Assembly: GCF_036321535.1 (NCBI RefSeq)
Contig: NC_087436.1
Location: forward strand, 90,088,001-90,152,000
Direction of reading: 5' to 3'
Origin: Camelus dromedarius
Lineage: Eukaryota
Length of the DNA stretch: 64,000 bases
Part shown: one piece after another, positions 1-11,209 of the stretch
Layout: each line of letters starts with the position of its first letter
How positions within the stretch are numbered: the stretch's first letter is position 1
Made by a program: the position numbers and the translations under genes
The notes under the pieces: model-generated
Told to the model about the DNA's origin: nothing
The model's input: the letters and a program-made list of their open reading frames with translations, nothing else
Database searches by the model: none

Positions 1-29
1 AAATCACTGTAGATTAAACTAGGTAGAGG

Positions 30-300
30 TCTAAGATGGCTTCTGATGCTCTGGCCATTGTATTCCAGCAGAAACAATGAAGAAGGAAAGAAAGGTATTG
101 CCTGTCTCTTTAATGGCATCTTTTGGTCATTAATACCCTTTGCCTATTCTTCTTGGTGAGATCTCAGTCTGTGGCCACATATAGCTGAAAGCAGCTGGCA
201 ATTATGGTTGTTCTTCCAGGCAGGCACAGACCAGCTGAAAATTGGATGGTGTATTATTATGGAGGAAGGGAAGGGTGGGTATGGGGTGTCAACTACTTGC
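30..300 (-). mobile_element. Old MaLR (MLT1-type) LTR fragment
   Basis: Degenerate similarity to MLT1 (tggccacatatagctgaaagcagctggcaatt, ccagctgaaaattgg). Confidence 0.5.
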
Positions 301-519
301 AGGCCAGAGAATTTAGATGATTAAAACTCACAGATGCAAAGAACACGTTGAACACAATGTCACTATGGTTACCAGAATTTTTTTTCTGTAAATCACAGGT
401 AATCACATTCTTTTGTTTCCATTGTTTATTTCCACTCAGAATATTGCCAAACCAGCTGGAAGGGTAAAAACAGTCTAAGTTATTTTTCATCATCTGTTTT
501 CCTTCCCCTTCTTCCACAG

Positions 520-731
520 GTATCACTACAGTGCTGACTATGACCACGCTGAGCACAATTGCCAGGAAGTCCTTACCCAAGGTTTCATATGTGACTGCGA
601 TGGATCTCTTTGTTTCTGTTTGTTTCATTTTTGTTTTTGCAGCTTTGATGGAATATGGCACCTTGCATTATTTTACCAGCAACAAAAAAGGAAAAACTAC
701 TAGAGAAAGAAAGCTAAAAAACAAGGCCACG
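520..731 (+). CDS. GABRG1: GABA-A receptor gamma-1 subunit, penultimate coding exon (end of TM2, TM2-3 loop, TM3, start of the large intracellular loop)
   Basis: Pyrimidine tract and cag acceptor ending at 519; reads (G)[70 protein letters not shown]; donor ACG|gtatgt at 731/732 in phase 0. [10 protein letters not shown] is the GABA-A TM2 motif; the loop sequence matches gamma-1 rather than gamma-2/3. Confidence 0.97.
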
Positions 732-3469
732 GTATGTTAAAAAAAAAAAAAAATCCTCTCTTTTATTACTGTAAGAGATACTCAATTTTGAGTTCTCTTG
801 TTATACTTTCTTAGACTGATATGGATGCTTGAGGCACCCTGACAAAACATAAATCATATTAAGATCAAACTGGGGTACTGAACATTGCCCACCTACAAAA
901 GTATACTTACATTTTTCCCTAGAAAAGACTCTTGGATCACCTTTATGAAGAGTGGTTTCTCACACTATGAAATTTTCCATAAGTGGTAAATTCTTTGTAT
1001 CTTTCAAAGAATAATTTAAAATTATTTTAAATCTCCCCTTGAATCTATTTTTGTGTTAGGATTTGGATTTCTAACATGGGTGCCCCACAAATTTAGCTAA
1101 ATTTTTAGAAATAAAGATCCCTCTTTAGTGTTAGTGTTCAGCTGTGTTTGAGAGACATAGCTTTCTGTGTCATAGAAAAGACACCTTTTTGGCTTTTGTA
1201 TATTTCTATTCTCTTACTCCCCTTTCCCAAGCATATATCTACCTTAACATTTATCACATCAAGCTGATAAATTAGAATTAATTCTACTGGTTCTAAAATA
1301 CTTTAATATTGGATAATTAACCATAATTCTTTTTATAATGGCAATTATAAGAAACTTAAAGTAATATATAACACTTACTGAGCATGCCAGAAACTCCTCT
1401 AAGCATTTACATGCATGATTTAATTTATGCTTGTAGATACAATTTCAGTAATTTGCACAAGGACAGCATTAGGAAGTGAAGGACCCAGGACTCAAACTCA
1501 GATCTTTTTTAGTGCCAGAGTTCAAGTTTGTAATCCTTCCTTAAGTTGCCTGTTCTAATAAGACTCAGAAAGGTAAACATCTGTTTCTCCAGTATTGACA
1601 AAAAAGACACTTCATTGCTGATTCCAGTAAATGTTTTCAAAGAAAATTTGTTCCAAAATGTCTTTAAACATGAAAACTGTATAAAGCAGTTATGCATGGG
1701 TGCAAGCTTGTAAGCCTACCATGGTGTGTATATAATGAAGCTTGGAGTTTTCCATGTTCTAACTTTGTAAGTTCTAGGAATCAATGTTTTTTCTACCTTT
1801 TCCCATTTCTCATTAGTTTATTTATAAAACTTTGCCATATTTTAAAATTATATTTTACTTTTTATGTTATACTCCAAGGACTTGTAATTTGCTTTCAGAG
1901 TCCCACAATATACTAAGAAAGATCACATTGTTGGTGGTAGGCATTTGAGAACATACATTGTAGAATTAGCCTGTGACTCCCTCAACATCACATGATTTTA
2001 GCTTATCTATAGGACATGCTATGGCCTCTGAATGAACAAAGCATCAGGGGGCAACAATTTCAACCTTAATATCCATTTGCTTAATTTTTAGTTAAAGAAA
2101 AACACACATTTGCTATACTGTCTTCTTTTAATCAAAGCCAGGCATCCTCTCTGGATTTTCCATTTCATCATTTCCTCATCCACAGCTCTGTTCAATTGCT
2201 ACCTTGACTTTTTATTTTGGGAAACTGTGACTGAAAGTATTTAGAATAATACTAATTAACATTATAAGCCAGGCAATGTACAATCTCACATGGATTCTCG
2301 AATTTCATTCTAAGAATATGTAATAGGGGTACTAATATTATTTAAGTCCATTCAACCAATAAGTGGCTACTGTAGGACTGCTGATAATCATTTTGACTCC
2401 AGATCTGTCTCTCAACCACCTTATCAGACATCTCATTTACTCAGGAAGCAGAAACATTGGAGTGCACACTTTAAAATTATGATGTTCATTTAATCATTTG
2501 TTTATCAAATACTAGTTAAAGATACTCATGTTCTAGATATTGTTCTAGAATAGTTATCCAAGAAAGACATCTATATATTGAGTATTTAAATTTTAGCATC
2601 AAGCCCAGGAAGCAAAATACTAAAGATGAAAAATTAAGGAATAAAAAATTAAATAAGAGCTTTGAAGAACTAAACTGCAAAATATCAAAAAAGTTAAACT
2701 GACATGTAATTGACTACCTGGGTACAAAAAAATATATATTTTATTTAGAGCCATCCAAAATAAAATCTGTAGTCTGTTCTTTCTGTTCAGTTATATGCTT
2801 CATGAGCTCCTTCAATACTAAATGACACTTGGAGTGAAAAACTAGATCAGTAATCAAATCTGACTCCCTGCCTAGTTCAGTGTGCAGCCATATGGTCTTG
2901 CTTAATCAGGTAAATCAGAACACACTTTTATGAAGAATAGACAACTCTGCTTGCTGTTGTCTCAAAATGTTCTATTTAAGGGCTTCGCAGGATCTGTCTT
3001 TTTCTTCCACTCTGCCCAGGAGAATCAAATGCAAGTCTAGACCCAGAAATCTTGCAGCATCTTGCCTTTATACCTGTTTCAATCGTTTGTGAGTTTATCT
3101 TCCTTTCTCTTTCTCTCGCTCTCTTTCTCCTTCCATCTCCCCACTTTATTTTTCAGGCTTAAAATTCTGAATGATTTGAAATCCAACATTTCCCTTTGCT
3201 TCACCAAATTATTTATGACAATAGGCCAGGACCAAAGAACTTGCTTTCAAAGTCACTGAAAGGTCAGCATATCTGTTATTAAATGAAACTAAAATCCCCA
3301 TCTTGACATCTCTTTGACAGCTTAGCTGAGAGTCCCAGAAAATCCCAATTTATTTTACTTAGGAAGAGATGATATTTGAACACAATAGATTTTTAGCTTC
3401 CATGACCCCTCTAAGAAAAACATAACTTAATACAGATGCTTTCTACTTTACTTTCCACATGATATATTT

Positions 3470-3655
3470 GGCCTTTCCTCTCTCTTTCCCTTTCTTGCTC
3501 TTTCTCCCTCTCACTCTCCTTTTTTCTCCCCTTCCCTTCCCTCCTACTTTCCTTCTTCCCCCTTCCCTCCTTCCTCCTTCCTTTCATTCTTCCTTTCTTC
3601 CTTCTGCCCTTCTTCTCTTATGTCCGTATTTCTTTCTTTCTTCTTTATTTTTATT
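3470..3655. repeat. CT-rich low-complexity polypyrimidine tract
   Basis: About 185 bp almost entirely C/T. Confidence 0.9.
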
Positions 3656-4716
3656 ATTGTGAATGTCAGTAACATTTGACTTGGCCCATATTACCATCCA
3701 AAACATTTTGTTTTGTTTTTATTTCTACTCACTGAGAATCTGATTCAGATGTTTTTGTGTCAATAACTTATTTTCAAGAAAATCTAGTAAGTTAACTATG
3801 TTGAAGTATAGAATCAAGATCCTTTATAAAACAGGTAAAGATCACAGAAAAGCAGTAGCAGGAAACCAGCCGACTAAAAAGAGTATTTCACGTTGAAACT
3901 CAAATATTCAGCCCATAGATGAGAAATCTCAGAAAACCATGTTATATCTATATGAGGGACCTGATATACCCATTTGAGGATAGAATTTGCTTATTTGTGA
4001 TCTCTCAATTGGTTAGAATATTAAGTAACAGAAGTTTATTTCACTAACCTTGGATAAGACACTTTGAAGAGAGTAACTACAGAATGTGTTCTCTGCATTC
4101 AGGGATCTTTAAATCTAGTTGTAGAAAAACACGTTAGAAATGTAAACATAAGATAATTAAAGTATAAGACAAATAACAGTTCAATATAAAAATCAAAAGT
4201 AAACAAAGACACTATAAGGATATTAGCAATTAGGTAACTGGTTTCAAATACTTCTTCAGTCACAGAATATTTTCTATGATATAAGTTAAAGATATTTTAA
4301 AAGACGTTCTTATGGAATGAGAGACAGGTACCACAAAGGCTGACCTAAGTGGCCTATCCCTTGCACTGAGGAAATTTGGAGACATCATGTAACATGGCCT
4401 GCGATACACTGACTTATAAGCAAGCACATCACGTTGAGAAGAGGCTCTGTCAACATAAGCCACTGTGGAGCAGGTAGCCTTCTTCCATTTCAAGTGTAAA
4501 TAACATATTCAAAATGTATGTAAACTAATTCTTCCAAAAGTAATGTGATAGAGAAAATTACAGAGAAAGTGTGACAATGTTGCACTAGTTCTTTGGAGAA
4601 TAAGTTGCAGTTTTCAGGAGAACAGATTAGAAAGAGTAAGACAGAAGAAACCAGGTGAGCCAAGTCGAGGCGACTTCACGTATGAGAATAAAAAGTAGAT
4701 TGGTATTTTTCACAAG

Positions 4717-4906
4717 CTGCTGGTCTAATACAACAGCTAGCCACTAGCCACATGGCTAGGCTGATTTAAATTAATTAAAATAAACCAAAATTTAGAATTC
4801 AGTACTTTAGTAGCATTAGTCACATTTCAAGTGCTACCTGTAACTAGTGGGCAATGCTGATACAGAATATTTCTATCATTGCAGAAACTTCTATTGGATA
4901 GTGCTG
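4717..4906 (-). mobile_element. MER3-like hAT-Charlie non-autonomous element
   Basis: agccactagccacatggct, cacatttcaagtgct and terminal gcagaaacttctattggatagtgctg follow the reverse complement of MER3. Confidence 0.8.
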
Positions 4907-6380
4907 GTTAAGCAAATAGAAATATTAGGAAAGAAAATAATCCAGGTTGAGGGTAGAAAAGTGGTTTATGGCCAAGATATGGAGAGTCTCCTGAGTCATG
5001 TCAAGAAATTTAGATTTGGCCCTATCAGCACTGATAAGTCATGCATGTTTTTAAGCAAGATGGCATATTTGTATCTGTTGGTGAAAGACAATTATTGGTA
5101 GTATAGAGTACATACCTGAATGGCAAAATAATCAGTGAGATAAACTTAAAGACTATTGCAGTAGCTCAAGAAGCAATATATTACTGAGAGTAGAACTAAG
5201 GTATCAGAATGGAGATAATGTATAGAAGGTTTTTTGTTATTGTTTTTGTTTGTTTTTTGTTTTTGCCCACAATCCCCAACCCATAGCCCTTTCTCCACAA
5301 AGGAAAGATCTTATTTTCAGTCAGTGCATATGTATATGAATAAACATTCTTCTACCTTTCAGAGCACAAAAATAATGAAAAGCTGCATCAATACAAAATT
5401 TCACAAATTATAAACTTTCTTTCCTGTAATGGTATTTGGCAAAGCTCCCAGGAAGGATTATTTGATATTGGTGAAATGTGAAATACATCAAGAAAGTTAC
5501 TTGTGCATTGTTGAAACAAATTAAATTACACAATATATAAATGTACAAGTGAAGAATAAAATTCTCTGCTCCACAACTTTGGTCCCAACCCTCAGAATTA
5601 GTTGTATTTCTTTTCTTTCCTTCTTTTTTCTTTTCTTTTTCTTTTACTTTTTTTTTTTTTTACTTTCCTCTGATAACTATTTCCATTAACTTCTAATTTC
5701 TGAAATACAAAAACTGAGAACTCAGCATCACCCAAATCCACCTCATGTCTGTTTTTAACACTGATGTGGATTTTGTAATTTTTGAAATCCTGACTGATAC
5801 TTGACTAGGATTTTGTGAAAGTGAAGTGGAGAACATCTATGCTTACTGTGGCATTCTCATGTGCAACGTTTTAAATTATAAATTTAAAATAATAATGTTA
5901 GTATTTCATAGTATCAATAACATGGCCTAATGTTTGCTAATCATATTGCTAATACTTAATATATTATTAATGGCATCAGTATATAATCTAAATAGTAATT
6001 ACAGTATTCTATAAATGCATACATAAATATACTTTGTACATAAATGTTTTATTTACTATTTATTTGATATTAGTATGTCTTGGCATTTAGAATATATTTT
6101 ATGTGCTTAACTATATGATTAATCTATAAGTAGTAGAATATTTAAGCTATAACCAGACACATACATATCTTTAATAGTGGAAATGGGATTGATGTCTCAA
6201 AATGTTAAGTTCAGCTATATTCTTAGTGACTTTTTGAAATAACAAAAAAAAAAAATGGCATATTCTCAGAACTACATCATTTGAAGTAAAAGAAAATTCT
6301 ATTCCATTGTGCTGTTTCTTTTTTATCATTTAAACAGATTTACTTTATTTATACAATGTTTGCTATTTTGGGGGCAGCAG

Positions 6381-6404
6381 GATCTTTATCTGAGAAATTA
6401 TAAG
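6381..6404 (+). other. Candidate 24-nt in-frame microexon (DLYLRNYK)
   Basis: cagcag|GATCTTTATCTGAGAAATTATAAG|gtgggt; same length and phase as the GABRG2 gamma-2L exon; upstream UGC. No transcript evidence. Confidence 0.4.
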
Positions 6405-7119
6405 GTGGGTTATATAGTTGTACTTCAGAAAAGTGAGGTTTGTAATGTGTACAGTCTTCCAATCAATTTGTCAGTGGTTTCCAGGTCACAAATCTATGTA
6501 TCAAAACTATTTTACTGGTAATGTGTCAGCTCTTTGGCTATTTTTCTCAGCACGTAAAATTGATTTCTGGTCATATTCATCATTCAATGAAGCGTGGGTT
6601 CTTTGAATTTATGAATTTGTGGTGTTTTGGGGGAGGCAGCAGGAAACTAGAAAAGTATCAATCTAAAGGGCCACTGCAGTAGACACTCTCCACGATTTTA
6701 AGCACCAGAGATTAGTCCATTTTTTAAATGTCCACTTGCAGGTTTTTTCCATTTTTGTGCACTTTAATCTTTAGTTACCTCTCTTATGCACAATTGCTCT
6801 CTTCCATCAAATACACCATCTTTCCACTTATATAAGGCAGTTCTGAGTGATATATGGAATGGATTTTATGCCTTATCCTCTTGAAATTACCAACTAACAA
6901 ACTGGTATTTTAACCACTTTCACTCTGATTAACATTGAAACATAGGCTATAAACATAGTGACAAGAAAATGAATACCAATTTGTCTCATTTCTGTACATA
7001 ATTTTAGTGCTCCACTAAAATTTAGGAGTCTAGTCAAGTATCCCCAAGTATCAACCTCAAAAGATGTTATTAACATTTAATAATATACTGCCTGTTTTTT
7101 TTTTTAATGCTGCATCCAG

Positions 7120-7152
7120 GCAAGGGGAGTCATGAATTTATTTGTGTTTAAG
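7120..7152 (+). other. Candidate 33-nt in-frame microexon or decayed microexon (ARGVMNLFVFK) with GC donor
   Basis: T11-aatgctgcatccag acceptor; last 8 residues VMNLFVFK resemble gamma-2L LLRMFSFK; donor AAG|gcattg is non-canonical. Confidence 0.33.
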
Positions 7153-8758
7153 GCATTGCTTCTTATCTTCAGGCTGCACATTTTGTTTCTAATATGGATA
7201 TTACAACTTGTGTGATGCATTTATCTTTTTAAAATATCACTGTGATTTTTTTGCTTCTTTTTCTATCTACTTAAGGTTTAATATTTAGTGGTTTAGATTT
7301 TGTATTTCTTACAAATAAAATGGGTTTAAATATAGGTCCAAATTTTGAGAAATTCTAATTTTTGTGTGTTTAACTTCCTAAATCTTTCTCATACAATGTT
7401 TAATTTTCATGGCTTTGAGATGTATTTATTTCAAAATTTAACATAAAAAAATTTCATAAACATTTTCATTAGAAATTTAAGGTCAGGTTAAAACTATTTA
7501 ATTTCAGCATTGTATTCAGTGTTTAGATCATAAAACCACTGACTTATTTATAGATTGTGAGATTCACATCTTAAAGTAACCCCTGAAATATCTGGAAGTT
7601 CTAAGAGATGAAGAGTTACTAAAATGGCAATCTTCATTCATATTTTACTTGCCATTTTATTCATGTGTTCATTAATGTATTTCTTTCCAGTAACATTTTC
7701 ATAAGGTCCAAGTTTCTGTTGTTGTTATTATTGTTTGCTTTAGCACATATTTTATAGCCAATTTTGATATATCCTCTTCAGGAATCAATAGTAGCAGCGG
7801 CAATTACAACAACAATAAATGTTATTTATTGGCAGCTAAATACGTGCTATGTTTCAAATATTTTGCTTGGTGCTTTATGTATATCATCTCATTTAATCAT
7901 CAAACAGATCTGTGTATCTGGTACAGCAAAAGAGCAGTGACTCCCTGTTCAAAGTTGCAGGACTCTACTGGGCAGAGCTGGAATTACAGCCTAAGTGATG
8001 GCTTTAATAGTCCACCATATCCAGACTCCAAAATGATGGCTTTAATATTCCACAATATCCTCGCCATGCTTCAATTTTTATATTTAAAAAAAAATTATTC
8101 TTATTATTAAAGTTTTACTTAAAACCTAGTACCATAAAAACTTAATTTGACATGAGTCCCAAATAATCCTGATAGTAACAACAGCTATTATTACTGGGCA
8201 AGACATAGCACTGATCATTTTACATGTTATGAAACTTACTCATCACAACCATCACAAAAATTCGGTGCTAAAATCATTTCAGCTATGAAGACAACTACAT
8301 TGGTAGAATGAGCAGAATTGTGAACACCAGTTGTTCCCAAACTTGAGTTTTTAACTCCTGCACATTCTTTCTCCCAAATACATGGCCTTGCCCTTATCCA
8401 CAACTGCAAACCTCTTATCATTTTGATTCATACACAGCTTCTCAAAGTGTTCAGCTTTATCAAAATATCATCTTTACTATTTATCCTTGCTATTACTAAA
8501 ATAAAGTGCAGAATGTAACTATAGCAAACCAACAGATATTTAGAACACTGTAAATGTTATACTGTAAAATATCATAGAAATATATAGTTTATTCTCATTT
8601 TAAAATAGGATTCATGGTTAACTATATTTTAATAGATCAACTTTCTAAATGTATAAAATATGTTTCCTTTCTGAGTGTTTTTTTCCTGCAAAATCTTTGT
8701 AATGTAAAATAATGTTATGTGATACAAAGTAAATCATGGTTTAAAACCATGTTAGGAC

Positions 8759-8795
8759 TGAATATTTGTTTGAATATTTGTTTTGAATATTTGTT
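8759..8795. repeat. Three tandem copies of TGAATATTTGTT
   Basis: Copies at 8759-8770, 8771-8782 and 8784-8795. Confidence 0.95.
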
Positions 8796-8918
8796 TGGAG
8801 AAAATAAGATTATTTTTATTTCTTATCAGTCTTTTAGAGTTTGCCTTGAGGGGACAAGTTGATCTTTTTTAATGCTGGGTTTGTTTTTTCCTCAAAACTC
8901 ATTCATTGTTTTACTCAG

Positions 8919-9188
8919 ATGTCATCTGGACTCCATCCTGGATCTACTCTGATTCCAATGAATAGCATTGCTCTGCCCCAAGGGGAGGATGATTATGGGT
9001 ATCAGTGTCTGGAGGGCAAAGATTGTGCCAGTTTCTTCTGTTGCTTTGAAGACTGCAGAACGGGCTCATGGAGGGAAGGAAGGATACACATTCGCATTGC
9101 CAAAATTGATTCCTATTCTCGAATATTTTTCCCAACGGCTTTTGCCCTGTTTAATCTGGTTTACTGGGTTGGCTATCTTTACTTATAA
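8919..9188 (+). CDS. GABRG1: GABA-A receptor gamma-1 subunit, last coding exon (intracellular loop, cysteine cluster, TM4, stop)
   Basis: Acceptor ttgttttactcag ending at 8918; phase 0; [89 protein letters not shown] then TAA. Typical gamma-subunit C-terminus and in frame with the 520-731 exon. Confidence 0.97.
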   Translation: MSSGLHPGSTLIPMNSIALPQGEDDYGYQCLEGKDCASFFCCFEDCRTGSWREGRIHIRIAKIDSYSRIFFPTAFALFNLVYWVGYLYL

Positions 9189-10310
9189 ATTCTACTCACT
9201 AGGCAACAATCATAAGTCTGACTAAAGCCGTGTACTCTGCTGGCCTTCAATAACATGAAGTTTAAATTCAAAATGCAGAGAAACCAGTGGTTAAAATATG
9301 AAGTTATTTTAACTATTGTAAGGCTTTCATAGGTAAATAAAGTAACAGCTTTCAGATTAATTTACTTAAATTTATGTAAGATGGATTAGTTGGAAAATCC
9401 AGTATATTAAAATAGTATTATATATTTGTACTTTAATTTTCTTTATTTTTGCATATATTAGGGTTTTGAATTTATAAGTTCTGTGATTCATATTTCAAAG
9501 ATGAATTAATTTTAATACATATTTTATTATTTAAATATAATCTTTCATTTGTAATGGTAGCCTACTCTAATGTGTAATATTTATGTAATAATTTTTTGCC
9601 TAGAAAATATTGCTAATTTGATTTTTTTTCCCTTTTTATTCGTATGCTCTGTTTGGAATAGAGCTAGTTGAAAATATAAAGCCACAATTTCCTTTTATTG
9701 ATTTCTAAGATGTCTTACTCCCAAGAAGAAATTAATTTATTTCTAAATTGTTTATTAATTAAAGAAGAAAAGGTCAGTTTTTACCTCATCTTTAATCCAG
9801 TTCATTTTCTGATAAAATATTAAATAGAACTCCAGTTACAGATTTGGTGATTCTCAAACTTGAATGGAGATCATCAAACTCGTTAATTTTAAATACAAGA
9901 TAAAAAAATAAGAAAGGATGTTAACATTTAACTATTTTATTCTCTGCCTCATAGTATTTATGAAGAATGAAGAGATGAAAACTGAAATGTTTAGATCTAC
10001 CAACACTGAAAGTAAATGCAGAAATAATTGTTTTTTTTAATCCTCTACAAAAGTGCTACATTCCTTAAATTGACAAAAAAACATTGAGGAACAGAGTTTG
10101 TATTTACTCATTGTGGCTAAAGAATTTGTATCTAGCAAACTGAGTTGAAATTCATGTTGAGGATATGGTCTTACATGCATACTAGTAACATTTTTTGAGA
10201 CCAGAAATGTTCTGGAACACAGTTTTAGACCTGTGTTGTACATCACCTTTCCTAGCTCCTAAATTTGGACCTGTTCAGTGTTGCTACTTTTTCATAAATT
10301 GTAATGATAT

Positions 10311-10401
10311 TCTCTTCTCTAGAAAATAAGAGCAGGCCCAAAAATCATGGTCATTACGATCGTCTCTTCTTTAGAAAATGGGAGCAGGCACAAAAATCAT
10401 G
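10311..10401. repeat. 39-bp direct duplication (period 52) in the 3' UTR
   Basis: 10311-10349 versus 10363-10401, 4 mismatches. Confidence 0.9.
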
Positions 10402-11104
10402 TTAAAGGTGGAGTTCTGCTGGAGGCACCTCGAACAAACCCGCGTGTGAGACAGCTCTCGATTCTTAGTCCTACTGCCATTTAAAGCCTATTGGTTAATG
10501 TTTCCCAAATGTCTGTTTTGTTGTCAGGAAAGTTAAACTTAGGCTTTAATTATTCTATTCCTGTAACTATTTTGGCTTATCAACTATTGGTAAGAACTCT
10601 CTAGTCAGTCACCATCACCTAATTATCTGAAAAGTTACCAGAATGATCTTGGAGATAGCCTTTAGAAATTATTTCCATTTGCCAAGAGCAACTATCAGGA
10701 TGAAGCGTTTTATGATCAAGGCCTAGCTCATGGCATGTGGAGGAAGCTATCACCTGTGCACCTGTCACTCGTTTTTAGTACACTTCCCCACGTGGTCAGT
10801 GAATACCTGACTAGGCTCTGGCATGGTTATACTTACATTTTTAGAATACATAATGTTCTTTTAAATCTAAATACATTTTACTGTCTGTCCACCACCTGCA
10901 TCTGAATTTTTTCACTTTGCTAAAAACCTCAGAAAAAAAGTAAGCATGATAAATGATAATGCCCAAATATCCACCGACACTGCTTTTTTTGAATGGAGAG
11001 CCAAATTAAACTTTGGCCATGTATATATTCACTTACAAATTGCTCATGCATTCATTTCTATAACACTGAGTATTGATGGATATTCTTAAAGTAAACATCA
11101 ATCT

Positions 11105-11209
11105 CAATGAATATATGTATGTTCATGTATAACTGAAAAATTGTGCTCTACACTGGAATTTGACACAACGTTGTAAAATGACTATAACTCAATAAAAAAA
11201 TGTTAAAAA
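11105..11209 (+). mobile_element. 5'-truncated young L1 3' end (camelid type) with target-site duplication
   Basis: tatatgtatgttcatgtataactgaaaaattgtgctctacactggaatttgacacaacgttgtaaaatgactataactcaataaaaaaatgttaaaaa, flanked by taaacatcaatct at 11092-11104 and 11210-11222. Confidence 0.88.

Larger units (their letters stand above)
732..8918 (+). other. GABRG1: Last intron of GABRG1 (8,187 bp, GT-AG, phase 0)
   Basis: gtatgt at 732 and cag ending at 8918 join KNKAT to MSSG in frame. Confidence 0.93.

Noticed and set aside
293..661. 122-aa minus-strand ORF
   Set aside because: Antisense shadow of the GABRG1 exon; no recognisable protein.
732..753. Read-through of the 520-731 exon (V-C-stop) followed by A15, suggesting a truncated isoform
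   Set aside because: No poly(A) signal upstream; the A-run is genomic and would mainly cause oligo-dT internal priming.
2041..2056. CTCF-like motif gcatcagggggcaac
   Set aside because: Mismatches at informative positions; cannot be supported without a matrix scan or ChIP data.
7120..7215. Read-through from the 7120 acceptor giving a hydrophobic 31-aa tail (alternative TM4?)
   Set aside because: Hydrophobicity is expected from T-rich intron sequence; no other support.
8859..8918. N-terminal extension of ORF 8859-9188
   Set aside because: Intronic pyrimidine tract upstream of the real acceptor at 8918.
8968..9225. 85-aa alternative-frame ORF overlapping the last exon
   Set aside because: No acceptor or start context supporting this frame.
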